Shown piece by piece: positions 27,750-38,345 of a DNA stretch of 64,000 nucleotides. The translations under genes were made by a program, and so were the position numbers. Every line of letters starts with the position of its first letter. Position 1 is the stretch's first letter. The stretch spans positions 256,001 through 320,000 of the forward strand of contig CAVYTU010000015.1 in NCBI GenBank assembly GCA_963771465.1, written 5' to 3'. This DNA comes from an uncultured delta proteobacterium (GTDB lineage Bacteria > Desulfobacterota > Binatia > UBA9968). Below the pieces are notes generated by a model. That model was given only the letters and a program-made list of their open reading frames with translations. It was not told the DNA's origin and did not search any database.

Positions 27750-28159
27750 GGATTGCCCTTCTTACTGAGTCGAAGAGTTTTTATCTCGATGCGGCGCTCG
27801 CGCCCGTCATCGTTAACGGTCATATCGAGAGCGACTTCCTTGATTTCCCAGGGACTCGACAAATTAAGCGACGGCGTATTGTCGCGCAGCGCATGCACCT
27901 GCGCGCTCCAACGCCCACCCGCGCCGACCGTGCCGGACTGCGCGCCGTCGGTGAGCTTCTTACGCGCCAGTAGCTCGTCCATCACGCGCGCGCCCGAGGT
28001 CAGCGTCTCGGTGCGCGCCGTACTGCGCGCGCCAAGCTGTAATCCTTGAGAAAAAATTTGTAACAGAGTCACCACTCCGAGTCCCAGGATAGTCATCGCG
28101 ACCAGAACTTCGAGCAGTGTGAAGCCGCTAGCAAAACGGCGTTGAGACAAATTATTCAC
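27746..28159 (-). CDS. gspI: T2SS minor pseudopilin GspI
   Basis: G|FTLLEVLVAMTIL; size and position. Confidence 0.85.
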   Translation of the reverse strand: MNNLSQRRFASGFTLLEVLVAMTILGLGVVTLLQIFSQGLQLGARSTARTETLTSGARVMDELLARKKLTDGAQSGTVGAGGRWSAQVHALRDNTPSLNLSSPWEIKEVALDMTVNDDGRERRIEIKTLRLSKKGNP

Positions 28160-28161
28160 GA

Positions 28162-28623
28162 CTAATCGCCGCGGGAAACTTCGATCTTGCCGGTAAGCGC
28201 GTCGAGACGTATCTGATAGGATATCGCTTTCTCGCTGTCGGCGAGAACGATGGCGCCGCCCACCGTGCTGCCGTTGGGGAAAAAGTAAAAACGCTTGCTA
28301 TCGCGGTCGATGGCTTCGCCGCCGTCCACCGAAATGAATTTAACTTCGCTCGGCAAGTGCACCTCCCGAGTGCGCGCCACCAGGTAGCTATTCTGCGGCA
28401 GGTTGACCACGAGTTGTTGCGGCACGCCGTCGAATAGCGCTTGGCTGCGTAAATCGCGCGCCACGGCTGCTAAGCTCAGCGCCGAGATCCGCACTTCGCG
28501 ATCTTGGAGTCCCTTCGCGATGTTGGGAGCGACGATGGCCATGCTGACGCCGATCAGCAACAGCACGACGACCAGTTCGACGAGAGAAAAGCCGCGATTA
28601 TCTTTCCCAACTGGTAATGTCAC
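28162..28623 (-). CDS. gspH: T2SS minor pseudopilin GspH (start uncertain)
   Basis: RG|FSLVELVVVL; FFPNGSTVGG and LTGKI motifs. Confidence 0.85.
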   Translation of the reverse strand: MTLPVGKDNRGFSLVELVVVLLLIGVSMAIVAPNIAKGLQDREVRISALSLAAVARDLRSQALFDGVPQQLVVNLPQNSYLVARTREVHLPSEVKFISVDGGEAIDRDSKRFYFFPNGSTVGGAIVLADSEKAISYQIRLDALTGKIEVSRGD

Positions 28624-29035
28624 GATTGACGTCTTGACCTCCAGGAGCACCATCGGCGCCGTAGGAAATAATGTCATACGGTCCGTGATCACCGGGGTTC
28701 TTATAAACATAGGGCTTTTCCCATGGGTCGGGCGGAACATCTTTTTTTAGATAAGGCCCATCCCATCGATCGACGCCGCCTGGCTTTTGGGTCAGCGCCT
28801 GAAGACCTTCCTGTGTGGTCGGATAGCGGCCAACGTCAAGGCGAAAGGTGTCCAGCGCCACGCCGAAACTCTCGATCTGGGCTTTGGCCGCTTTGGCCGT
28901 GGCTTTCTCGCCTTGCTTGATGTACTGCGGCAGCACCAGTCCGGCCAGTAAAACAATAATCGTCGCCACGATGATCAACTCGATCAGGGTGAAGCCACTT
29001 TCGCCATTGACGAGTTTTCGATTATGATAAGTCAT
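28598..29035 (-). CDS. gspG: T2SS major pseudopilin GspG
   Basis: G|FTLIEL, LDVGRYPTTQEGLQAL, WDGPYL, DPW..PY.Y and SYGADG..GG motifs. Confidence 0.95.
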   Translation of the reverse strand: MTYHNRKLVNGESGFTLIELIIVATIIVLLAGLVLPQYIKQGEKATAKAAKAQIESFGVALDTFRLDVGRYPTTQEGLQALTQKPGGVDRWDGPYLKKDVPPDPWEKPYVYKNPGDHGPYDIISYGADGAPGGQDVNRDITSWER

Positions 29036-30239
29036 TGATACTAAATATCGCCAGCAGCATCGAGATAACAACCACGCCGATAATCAAACCCATCACTAGG
29101 ATCAACGCGGGCTCGAGCAGAGAAGTCAGTCTTTTCGTCGTTCGTCTTACTTCTTGGTCGTAGTAGCTCGCGACCTCGGCGAGCATGCCATCCAGTTTAC
29201 CGGTTTCCTCCCCCACCGCAATCATGTTGAGCGCCAACATCGGAAACAGACCGCTCTCGCTCAGCGGCCGCGCCATGCCCTTGCCTTCACGCACCCGCAG
29301 TTGAACTTGGCCGATGGCGAGCGCCAACAAACGGTTACCGACAACGCCTTGAACTGTCCCCAGCGCTTCGAGCAGCGGCACGCCGCCTTTCAACAAGGCA
29401 GCCAGGGTGCGGCAAAAGCGCGCGGTTTCGAACTTCCGCACCAAATCGCCAAGCAGCCAGCTGTGCAAACGCAACCGGTCCCACTCGCTCCTGCCCTCCG
29501 GGCTTCGGATATAAAAAACTCCGCCCGCAACGAGCGCGAACATGACCAACAAAACAATCCAGCCGTACTCTGCCAAAAACTGGCTAAAATCTATGACGAT
29601 CTTGGTGATCAACGGAATCGCCTTAGTATTACCGCGAAAAATCGTGGCAAACTTTGGAATGACGAAGATAAACAAAATCATCAACGAAAGGCCGGCGGCA
29701 GCGGCCAAAATGACCGGATAGATCAGCGCAGATTTGATGTCGTCTTTGAGCGCCAAGGTGTTTTCCATGTACTCCGTTAGATAGCGCAGCACGCTTTCCA
29801 AGATACCGCCGGCCTCGCCGGCCCGGATCATGTTAACGTAGATTTTCGGGAAAACGTCGGGATGCTCTCCCATCGAGATGGCGAGCGACTTGCCGGCGCG
29901 CACCGCTTCGACGAGAGCATTGAGTATTTTGCTAAGCTCGCTGCCCTCGAACAGACCGCCGAGGATAGACAAACTGCGGTCGAGTGGCAGGCCGGCGGTA
30001 AGCAGCGTACCGAGCTCACGGGTAAACTGCAGCAACTGTTGTTGGCTAACCCTACGCTTGGAAAAAATCGCCTGCTGGGGCGACGTGCGGATCGCCCGAT
30101 CGCTCGGCACCGCGATGCGCAACGGCACGCAGCCCATTTCGCGCAACCGCAGGACTACGCCTTGCTCGGCGTCGGCCTCCATCACTCCCTCGACAACCTT
30201 GCCGGCGTGATCCGCGGCGCGATACTGAAAAAATGCCAT
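29022..30239 (-). CDS. gspF: T2SS inner-membrane platform protein GspF
   Basis: FTRELGTLL.AGLPL, RAGEAGG.L, ALIYP, VGEETGKL and LLEP motifs. Confidence 0.95.
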   Translation of the reverse strand: MAFFQYRAADHAGKVVEGVMEADAEQGVVLRLREMGCVPLRIAVPSDRAIRTSPQQAIFSKRRVSQQQLLQFTRELGTLLTAGLPLDRSLSILGGLFEGSELSKILNALVEAVRAGKSLAISMGEHPDVFPKIYVNMIRAGEAGGILESVLRYLTEYMENTLALKDDIKSALIYPVILAAAAGLSLMILFIFVIPKFATIFRGNTKAIPLITKIVIDFSQFLAEYGWIVLLVMFALVAGGVFYIRSPEGRSEWDRLRLHSWLLGDLVRKFETARFCRTLAALLKGGVPLLEALGTVQGVVGNRLLALAIGQVQLRVREGKGMARPLSESGLFPMLALNMIAVGEETGKLDGMLAEVASYYDQEVRRTTKRLTSLLEPALILVMGLIIGVVVISMLLAIFSINDLS

Positions 30240-30344
30240 GATAAATTAGCGTGGGTTCAAAGTTCGATGGTTCATAGGTCCCAGGTAAAACGTCGGAACA
30301 ATGTCTCCATTGAATTTTTGCAGTCTTGAACCTTCGAACTAGTT

Positions 30345-32039
30345 CTACGCTTCTTCCCGCGTCACACGCAGCACTTCGGCCAACGTCGTCACACCTTTGG
30401 CGACTTTATCCCAGCCGTCGTCTCTGAGGAGCCGCATGCCTTGCTGGACGGCCAGGTTGCGAATGACACCGGCGTCGGCGCGCTGGACGATGACTTTGCA
30501 AAGGTCGGAGGTCACCGGGAGCAGCTCGAAAATACCGACACGGCCGAGATAACCCGTACCGCTGCAGGCTTCGCAACCCGCCGCCTCGAAGACCGCCCGT
30601 GGGACGCTACCATTAGTAAACTCTGGCGGCATACCGGCCATGCTGGTAACCGGCATTTGTCTGCGGCAGCTGGGACAGAGCCGGCGCACGAGCCTTTGCG
30701 CCAGCACACCGAGCAGCGATGACGAAAGCAAATAATCTTGCACACCCATCTCCAACAGCCTGGAGATCGCGCCCGCCGCGTCGTTGGTATGCAAAGTCGA
30801 AAAAACCAAATGGCCGGTCAGCGCCGCTTGGACGGCGATCTCGGCGGTCTCGGCGTCGCGAATTTCACCGACCATAATGATATCGGGATCTTGGCGCACG
30901 ATCGATCGCAGACCGTTGGCGAAGGTCAAACCGATCTGCGGTTTGACATGGATCTGGTTGATGCCGCTCAGTTGATACTCGACGGGATCCTCGATGGTAA
31001 TAATTTTTTTGCCCGGATCGTTGATTTTTTGCAGCGCGCCATAAAGCGTCGTCGTTTTGCCGCTGCCGGTCGGGCCGGTGACCAATACCATGCCATGGGG
31101 CTTTAAAATCATCTCGTCAAAGCGCGATTGCAGCTCGAGCGGAAAACCAAGGGCGTCGAGCTGGGTAAAAATCTGGCCGCGCTCGAGCAAGCGGATCACC
31201 ACGCTTTCACCGTAGAGCGTCGGCACCGTTGCGATACGCAGGTCGACGTCTTTTCCGGCAAGCCGGGTTTTGATTCGGCCGTCCTGCGGCAAACGCCGCT
31301 CGGCGATGTTGAGCTGGGCGAGAATTTTTAAGCGCGAGATCACCGCGGCTTTCAACTGCCGCGGCGGCGACTCGGTTTCGTGGAGAATGCCGTCGATGCG
31401 GTAGCGCACCTTGAGCTGATTCTCGAAGGGCTCGATGTGGACATCCGAGGCGCGACTCTCGAGCGCGCGTACGAGCATCTGGTTGACCAGGCGAATGACC
31501 GGCACTTCAGAGGCCATGTCGCGCAGATGGGCGACGTCTTCATCGTCGCCCATGCCTTCCAATGGCTCGGCGATCGCCTCCTGACCGCTATCCGCCGCGT
31601 AGCTGCTGCTATACAGCGCTTCGATACGCGCCAGGATTTCCTTTTCCCGCGCTAACACCGGTCGCACGCGCAAACCGGTTGCCATCTCCAAGGCATGCAG
31701 CCGGGAAAGATCCATGGGATCCCCGGTGGCAACAATCAGTTCATGACCGTCGATTTTCACCGGCACCATGCGCGCCAGCTTAAGAAAATCACCAATGCCC
31801 GACGGCAGCTCGATCGGCAATGGAGTATTCGGCAAGTCGCGCAACGACAAGACGGGAATATCGAAGTGGTCGCGCAGCACCGGCAACAAATCGTCTTCCG
31901 AAAGCAAGCCCAATTCGACCACCAGCCGGCTAAGCGGCGCCTGTTGCTCTTGCTGAAGTTTCGTCACCCGCTCGAGCTCTTCAGCGGAGATGAGCTGGCG
32001 GGCAACCAGCAAGTTGGGGAAATTGATCGGTGCGTCCAT
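30345..32039 (-). CDS. gspE: T2SS ATPase GspE with N-terminal T2SSE_N domain
   Basis: RASDVHIEP, RLPQDGR, GPTGSGKTTT, RQDPD, GEIRD, STLHTN and two CxxC motifs. Confidence 0.96.
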   Translation of the reverse strand: MDAPINFPNLLVARQLISAEELERVTKLQQEQQAPLSRLVVELGLLSEDDLLPVLRDHFDIPVLSLRDLPNTPLPIELPSGIGDFLKLARMVPVKIDGHELIVATGDPMDLSRLHALEMATGLRVRPVLAREKEILARIEALYSSSYAADSGQEAIAEPLEGMGDDEDVAHLRDMASEVPVIRLVNQMLVRALESRASDVHIEPFENQLKVRYRIDGILHETESPPRQLKAAVISRLKILAQLNIAERRLPQDGRIKTRLAGKDVDLRIATVPTLYGESVVIRLLERGQIFTQLDALGFPLELQSRFDEMILKPHGMVLVTGPTGSGKTTTLYGALQKINDPGKKIITIEDPVEYQLSGINQIHVKPQIGLTFANGLRSIVRQDPDIIMVGEIRDAETAEIAVQAALTGHLVFSTLHTNDAAGAISRLLEMGVQDYLLSSSLLGVLAQRLVRRLCPSCRRQMPVTSMAGMPPEFTNGSVPRAVFEAAGCEACSGTGYLGRVGIFELLPVTSDLCKVIVQRADAGVIRNLAVQQGMRLLRDDGWDKVAKGVTTLAEVLRVTREEA

Positions 32040-32055
32040 CGGAAATGTCGCTCGA

Positions 32056-32439
32056 CTATTTTGCGCCTTGGGAACCCGCCCGGCCATAACGGTCTTCGAG
32101 GCGCACCACATCGTCGAGCTCCGGCGTAGAGACTTCCAAGACATCGCAGTCTTCCAGCGCGATCATACGATGCTTCATGCCCGGGGTAATGTGCAGACAT
32201 TGGCCCGGGGTGAGCCGCAGCTTACCCCGTTCGCCGTTGCTTTCGATATCCATTTCGAGCCACCCCGAGAGTAAACGAATCGTTTCGTCTTTGACGACGT
32301 GATACTGGTAGCTCAGCGACTCGCCCTTTTTGATGTGCAGAACCTTGCCGACATAGCGCTCGGTGTGCGCCCAGATCAGTTCGTGGCCCCACGGTTTGTC
32401 GACGACTTCTCCCGAATGTAAAAGCTGTGTTACAGGCAT
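32056..32439 (-). CDS. Cupin domain protein (mannose-6-phosphate isomerase-like)
   Basis: VDKPWGHE, LSYQYH..KDET and EVSTP.LDDVVRLEDRYGR motifs. Confidence 0.85.
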   Translation of the reverse strand: MPVTQLLHSGEVVDKPWGHELIWAHTERYVGKVLHIKKGESLSYQYHVVKDETIRLLSGWLEMDIESNGERGKLRLTPGQCLHITPGMKHRMIALEDCDVLEVSTPELDDVVRLEDRYGRAGSQGAK

Positions 32440-32594
32440 GAACCGTATGATACCAGATTCCGCCATCCGGGGGAATCAATCCTTCACCAATGCGCGGCAA
32501 AACCAGCTCATGGGCCAACGGCTTGCAGTCACCTCCGAATCATTTGCCCACGCCGGCAATTCGACGAGATACTATTGCCGGCCAAACGTCCCAT

Positions 32595-33830
32595 TCACGA
32601 GCGACGAGCGATCGGCACCTCGGTGCGAGCATCACGCGCGTACAAGTAAGCCAAGGCGATTAGCGAAAAAAAGAAAATGCGCGATTCATGATGGTAAAAC
32701 GGCACGTCGCCGAGGCCGGAGACCAGAGCCGCGCTCCAAGATGCGGCGAGCGCGATGCCAACTACCGCGTCCGGTGCACTCGACGCACGCACACCGCGCA
32801 GTAGGCGGTGCAGGATATCTCCGGCGAGCCAGAGAAAAATCGTCAGACCCACGAATCCGGTTTCGACAAAAAGCTCAATATAAACGTTATGGGTATGCCA
32901 GATTGGGCTGTTCTCGTCGACCGTTCCCTGGTAGCGCTGGCGCAGCGCCTCTTTCAGTCGCCCGCGGCCAAAGCCAATGCCAAGGACCGGCTTATCCATG
33001 GCGAGTCGCATGGCATCGTTCGCAACTTGTACCCGATCGCTAATCGATGGATCGCTCTGTGGCCGTAGCAGCGTGGCCGCGCGCTGGCGCAGCGACGGAA
33101 AAGCGGCGACGCTGACGGCGGCAAGTAAAAGGATACCGATCAAAAACTTCCATTTTTTGGCGAGGGAACCGAAAACGATTATTGCGACGCTCGAACCGAG
33201 CCACGCGCCGCGCGAATAGGTTAACATCAGAGCCGGCAATTGCGCAGCAAGCGAAACCAACGCGATGCCGCGCCACCAACCGCCCTCGGCGCTTACGGCG
33301 AGCAAACAAAACGGCAGACTCATCGACAGCAAGTACCCAGCGGTGTTCGGGTGATCCAACGGAAAGCCGAACCGCGACGCGACATCGAAGCTAAACACAC
33401 CCGGGTCGTGAAAAAAACCGCGGGCAACCAGCACCAAAGGCGCGACTCCCATAGCATAAATCAGCCATTTTCGCCGCGCTGGTTTGGCGAACAGATCGGC
33501 GACCATCAAGGCGTGCGCGCAGGCAAAAACGAAATACCGATAGTCACCGGCGACGCGCAGGTTGGGCAGCAACGAGATTGTGACGATCAGGAAGAACGCA
33601 AACAGCGGCGCCCATGGAGCCAGCTTAGCCCAGTCGAGCCGCGGCCGGCCTCGACTTAGCAATATAAGCAATCGATAAATGATCCAGAAAAAAAACGTCG
33701 TGCGCGAAACGCTCCACGCGCTCATGCTTGCTTTAGCGGTAAACTCGATACGGCCAACGCCGAGCAGGATGGTGGCCACGCAGAGCCCGGCGAAAGTCCC
33801 CTTCTCGCACAGATCCACAAGTTTTTGCAT
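32595..33830 (-). CDS. O-antigen ligase / Wzy_C family membrane protein
   Basis: Many TM segments; HPNTAG, LTYSRGAW, P.LGIGFG and HTHNVYIE..ETG motifs. Confidence 0.88.
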   Translation of the reverse strand: MQKLVDLCEKGTFAGLCVATILLGVGRIEFTAKASMSAWSVSRTTFFFWIIYRLLILLSRGRPRLDWAKLAPWAPLFAFFLIVTISLLPNLRVAGDYRYFVFACAHALMVADLFAKPARRKWLIYAMGVAPLVLVARGFFHDPGVFSFDVASRFGFPLDHPNTAGYLLSMSLPFCLLAVSAEGGWWRGIALVSLAAQLPALMLTYSRGAWLGSSVAIIVFGSLAKKWKFLIGILLLAAVSVAAFPSLRQRAATLLRPQSDPSISDRVQVANDAMRLAMDKPVLGIGFGRGRLKEALRQRYQGTVDENSPIWHTHNVYIELFVETGFVGLTIFLWLAGDILHRLLRGVRASSAPDAVVGIALAASWSAALVSGLGDVPFYHHESRIFFFSLIALAYLYARDARTEVPIARRS

Positions 33831-33915
33831 GGATCGAGCAGGCGAGCTAGGTAACGGGATGAATTGAATGTTGTCGGCTCCGGCGGTGGCGGACAGCAAC
33901 CGCTAATGATGCTTT

Positions 33916-35310
33916 TTACGATCGTCGCGGAAACCACCCGAGAATCGTTAGATAGAGAATTTTAACATCGCGCCATAACGACCAGTTCTCGATGTAGTCG
34001 AGATCGTAGCGTATGCGGTTCGCTAGTGAGGTGTTGCCGCGCCAGCCATGAACTTGCGCCCAGCCGGTCATGCCGGCTTTTACTTTATGGCGCAGCATAT
34101 ACTTGGGAATCGTCTTACGAAACTCGTCGATCAACGGTGGTCGTTCGGGTCGCGGTCCAACCAGACTCATCTCGCCGCGTAAAACATTGATCAGCTGCGG
34201 TAATTCATCGAAGCTCCAGTGCCGTAGCCACCGACCCAAGGAAGTAATGCGAGGATCTTCATCCGCCGCCCACACCGGTCCGGTGTGCCGCTCCGCGTCA
34301 TTGACCATGGTGCGGAATTTGAGCATTTGAAATCTCTGGCCGTCCAACCCCATACGTTCCTGCCGATAGAGTACAGGCCCCGGTGACGAGCAGCGAATCG
34401 CCAGCGCTACCAATGCCATGACCGGCGCGCAGATCAGCAGGGCCAAGCCGCCGGCGACAAGATCGACGCCGCGCTTCAACAGTGAATTCCAACCGGTGAG
34501 CGGCGATGACTGCAAGGTCACAATCTGCAGTCCGTCGAAATCTTCGATATAGCCGCCCAATGTCGCCAGCGCGTGAAGATCGGGAACAAAATGGAGCGTC
34601 ACCGGTTCATCGCCTAACCATTCTTGAATTTCACGCAACTTGGCGGCCTGCTCCAAGGGCAAGGCAACAAAGACCTGATCGATCTCGCCGGATCGAACCG
34701 CCTGCGTCAGTTGGTTTGGATTATTTATTCGCTCTGCGTCGGTCGCTAATGTCGAATCATCGGCATCGTCGAGCAAAAATAACCCGCGTACCCTTAAACC
34801 GAGATATCGATAGGCTTTAATGCGCGCGAGTAAAGCCTCGACCTGGGCTGCGGCGCCAATAATCAGCACGTGGCGCAGATTGTAGCCGCGGCGGCGCGCG
34901 ATTCTGAGTGCTTCGCGAAAGAAAATATGACTGAGACTCAAGAAAAATAAACTGGAAAACCAGAAAACCACGACCACGATACGCGACAGGATCAATTCGT
35001 GCAGTAGAAAGATAATTCCTAAAAAGACCATTGCGGCCAGGCCGGAAGCCTTGATGAGCTCGACTGTTTCATGCTGGTGCGTCGACAAACGGCGCGGCCG
35101 GTAAAAGTCGCAAAGCTCGAAGACGATTGCCCACACGCCGAGAATCACCAGCCACGCGGTCACATAATGACGCAGCACATAGGGCTCCGCTTCGATGAAA
35201 AGATTCGTATGAAAGCGCAGCACGAAAGCGCACCACCAAGCCATACTGACGAAGCAGAGATCACTCGCCAACAACAATCCCTTGAATAGTTCGCTATGAG
35301 TTTTCAGCAT
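33916..35310 (-). CDS. wcaJ: Undecaprenyl-phosphate glucose phosphotransferase (initiating transferase)
   Basis: KRGVD, KFRTM, DPRIT, DELPQL.NVL.GEMSLVGPRPER and GMTGWAQVHG motifs. Confidence 0.9.
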   Translation of the reverse strand: MLKTHSELFKGLLLASDLCFVSMAWWCAFVLRFHTNLFIEAEPYVLRHYVTAWLVILGVWAIVFELCDFYRPRRLSTHQHETVELIKASGLAAMVFLGIIFLLHELILSRIVVVVFWFSSLFFLSLSHIFFREALRIARRRGYNLRHVLIIGAAAQVEALLARIKAYRYLGLRVRGLFLLDDADDSTLATDAERINNPNQLTQAVRSGEIDQVFVALPLEQAAKLREIQEWLGDEPVTLHFVPDLHALATLGGYIEDFDGLQIVTLQSSPLTGWNSLLKRGVDLVAGGLALLICAPVMALVALAIRCSSPGPVLYRQERMGLDGQRFQMLKFRTMVNDAERHTGPVWAADEDPRITSLGRWLRHWSFDELPQLINVLRGEMSLVGPRPERPPLIDEFRKTIPKYMLRHKVKAGMTGWAQVHGWRGNTSLANRIRYDLDYIENWSLWRDVKILYLTILGWFPRRS

Positions 35311-35313
35311 GGT

Positions 35314-36444
35314 TCAAGAATCGCCGCGATATTGACTGAGACAACGTTCGACATGCTCGACAATTTCACGCTTGAATCGGTCTCGGCCGAACTTACCCGC
35401 ATGTTCACGAATGGAGTGGGAGTTAAATTGATGTTTGTTTTGCTCAAAAAGCCGCACCGCCGCGACTAGGCTTTCGATATTCTGTTCGTCAAAAAAAAAC
35501 CCCGTGGGATGCGCCGCGGGTAACAAGCCATCCAGCCCGACAACGGTTTCCAGCAAGCCGCCGCGTTTAAACGCGATCACCGGCCGGCCGCTCGCCTGCG
35601 CCTCTAAAGGAGCGATACCGAAGTCTTCCTCTCCGGGAAAAATAAAGGCTTGGCACGTCGCATAGAGTTCGGCCAGTCTGACATCGTCCTGCCAACCGAG
35701 GAATTCAATGTTGGTATTGGCTTGCCGCGCCAAGCTAGCGCGCAGCGGCCCTGCGCCGACGATCTTTAGTGGTATTTGTAACGCATTGAAGGCCCCAACG
35801 GCAATATCGATACGCTTGTAGGGCACCAGCGCCGATACGATTAGATAAAATGATTTTAATTCACGGTCGATGTGGAAGCGCGTCAAATCCACCGGCGGAT
35901 AGATCACTGTGGCCGTTCGTCCGTAAAATCGGTCGATCTTTGCCGCGATGTTTTTCGAAATCGCCATAAAACAATCCACCCGCGCCGAGCTGCGCACGTC
36001 CCAGCGCTGCAAATAAGAACGGCACAGCGCCAATCCGGTGCGGTTCATCATCGAACCGTTGGCGCCGTCAAGGTAAGCGTCGTGGAGATCCCACACATAA
36101 CGCATCGGCGTGTAAGTATAGGCGAGATGGAGCGCGCGATGGGGAAACACACCCTTGGCCACACAGTGGCTGCTCGAGAGAATCAAGTCATAAGAGCCGA
36201 GATCGAATCCCTCGATGGCATGGGGGAAAAGCGGCAGCAAATAGCGAAAATGCTTTTGCGCTGCGGGCAATCGATTTAACCAGGACGTGCGAACGTTCAT
36301 GCGCCGAATCGTCGCTGAAACACTCTCCGGCGCATAGACCAGCGTGTAGAGATCGGCCTCAGGGTACAGCTCGCAAAAGACTTCGAGACATTTCTCGCCG
36401 CCGCGCATGCCGACCAGCCAATCGTGAATCAAAGCGACCTTCAT
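35314..36444 (-). CDS. Glycosyltransferase family 4 (WbaZ-like)
   Basis: VALIHDWLVGMRGGEK and EDFGIAPLEAQASGRPV motifs. Confidence 0.92.
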   Translation of the reverse strand: MKVALIHDWLVGMRGGEKCLEVFCELYPEADLYTLVYAPESVSATIRRMNVRTSWLNRLPAAQKHFRYLLPLFPHAIEGFDLGSYDLILSSSHCVAKGVFPHRALHLAYTYTPMRYVWDLHDAYLDGANGSMMNRTGLALCRSYLQRWDVRSSARVDCFMAISKNIAAKIDRFYGRTATVIYPPVDLTRFHIDRELKSFYLIVSALVPYKRIDIAVGAFNALQIPLKIVGAGPLRASLARQANTNIEFLGWQDDVRLAELYATCQAFIFPGEEDFGIAPLEAQASGRPVIAFKRGGLLETVVGLDGLLPAAHPTGFFFDEQNIESLVAAVRLFEQNKHQFNSHSIREHAGKFGRDRFKREIVEHVERCLSQYRGDS

Positions 36445-36489
36445 GGGCAATCCGATTGGAATTGGAGCATCGCGCAAATTTGCGAGCGG

Positions 36490-37407
36490 CTATCTTGCAA
36501 CGATCGTCCGTGGCAAGCTTTCTTTGTCCCGCGATACCCCTTGCAGCTTCTCCGCCTCAGCGCGGCTCGCCAATCGACCGACTCGAACCCGATGGAACTT
36601 TTTCCCGTGGATGTCCACCACCACGACAAACGGCTCGTAGCCCTTATCGGACAACTTATTGGCGATCCTTGCCGCTGTCTTATTTTCCGGGTAAGAACCC
36701 ACCTGCACGAACCAAGCGTCACCGGTTGTTTGGCCAACGGCCGTGGTTCCGGTGGGCTGCCCTTGCGCGTTAAGACCTATGGTACTTTGCGCCGATTTCG
36801 ACGCCGACTTCTTGTCTCGGTCCGGTAATTCGTCAACGCGCTTCGACACAACCGACTTAGCACTCTTCATCGCGCCCGCCCCGGACGCGGCGGACGAATC
36901 CTGCTCAGCTTCTTTCGTCGCCAATGATGCAGATGGCGCAACGGTGACGGGAAGCGACAGCGCTGCGCCACCCTTTTCGTCGAACCATGCGAAACCTTCC
37001 TGCACCAGCGTAACGTCAATGACATAGCGGCCCGGCCGCGCCGGCGCCGCAATATTCATCTTGAGCCGAACCGATTCGCCCGGCGCCAGATCTTGCGGCA
37101 GCGGCGTTCTCAGTCCATCCGCGACTATGACTTTGCCCTTGAGATCCTTCCAGCGGTAGGAAAGATTCACATTGTTACGATTCTTGGCGTTGGCCCGGCT
37201 GGGCCAAGTGTTCTTGCTGATGTTACGAATAACCACGTCGCCGACAACGTCCTTCCCCGCCGACATTCTGTTCGGAATTGTATTTTCCAGAAATTCAACG
37301 GCGAAGCCTGAATCGGGCAACCGCCTCGCTTCACCGCCACCGCAAGCCCCGAGGGTGAAGGATGCCAATGCTACGAGAATGGCTTTGATCAATACCGACC
37401 GGTTCAC
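36490..37407 (-). CDS. Lipoprotein with Ig-like domain and C-terminal SPOR domain
   Basis: Lipobox LGAC; LSYRW...RTPLP.DLAPGE...APARPGRY...VQEG.AWF Ig-like module; WFVQVGSY...HRVRVG SPOR domain. Confidence 0.82.
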   Translation of the reverse strand: MNRSVLIKAILVALASFTLGACGGGEARRLPDSGFAVEFLENTIPNRMSAGKDVVGDVVIRNISKNTWPSRANAKNRNNVNLSYRWKDLKGKVIVADGLRTPLPQDLAPGESVRLKMNIAAPARPGRYVIDVTLVQEGFAWFDEKGGAALSLPVTVAPSASLATKEAEQDSSAASGAGAMKSAKSVVSKRVDELPDRDKKSASKSAQSTIGLNAQGQPTGTTAVGQTTGDAWFVQVGSYPENKTAARIANKLSDKGYEPFVVVVDIHGKKFHRVRVGRLASRAEAEKLQGVSRDKESLPRTIVAR

Positions 37408-37818
37408 CCGCTAACCTCGTATGTGCTCAATACATGAGTCGCGGCGCGCCGGTCTTTGGAGTTGAGCTTGCTCGGGCAAGGCATGTGGTCAACGCTCATT
37501 GACTGCCAGTTTTAGAGACAACTATCATGGCCGAAGCAATCCAATGCAACACATCGCGTTTTTTTGCCACGCGGAAAATTCCATCTACAATGATTGTCTA
37601 CCGAATGATGAAATTTAATCTATCGCGATTTGTGCAGAGTGTGCAACCAAAAATCCCAAAGCGTAATCACGTACTATCGCCCCAAAGATTGATTTTCGCC
37701 GATACTTCAGTACGATCACGGCGTGGTACCGGCAGTTCCGTTTGACGCGAGTTTGGCTTCGCCATTCTCTCATTTTCGATTCACCTCTCTTCTGGACTTG
37801 GCAAGCCCAGAGGAGGGG

Positions 37819-38345
37819 CTGCGAAATCCCTTGGACCTTTCTCACTCACTGAAGCACCGGGATGGTTTCACTCTCGATCAAGGGATCGGCCTCTGGCTCC
37901 AATACACGTCCTCATCGTTAAAGTCGACGTCGGCGAAGCCACGCGCGATCATTAGTTACGATGATATCCGAAAAACGAAATGACCTAATAAAGCTGCTCT
38001 GCAAAATCACCGGAAACCATTCTCTTTCCGAGGATACCTTTAATACGATCAAAGGGCTCATTGATCATGATTTGCGCCACCATATACCGCATCGACGCAG
38101 GATTGGAAAATTCTCAGTGAAACTTGCCGGCGCACGCGCTTTTTTCAGCCTTGCATCTTCCTAGTCGAGTAAGCGAAGTCTCGGCAGATCGGACAATTGC
38201 TGTCGATCAGGAACTCCAGGCAGCTTTCGACAATCTCGCGGTTGTCGTCACTCAGGCTCACTACAATCGAATCATCGAGTTGAATGATGCGATTGCCAAG
38301 AAGGACCAATACGCTCGCGACTTGGAGATCCTAACCGCCCAACAA
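37819..38345 (+). pseudogene. Fragment of a sulfotransferase-family protein with coiled-coil tail
   Basis: LRNPLDLSHSLKHRDG...LWLQY...IISYDDI, then after a frameshift IDHDLRHH, then a heptad-like segment; no N-terminus. Confidence 0.55.
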
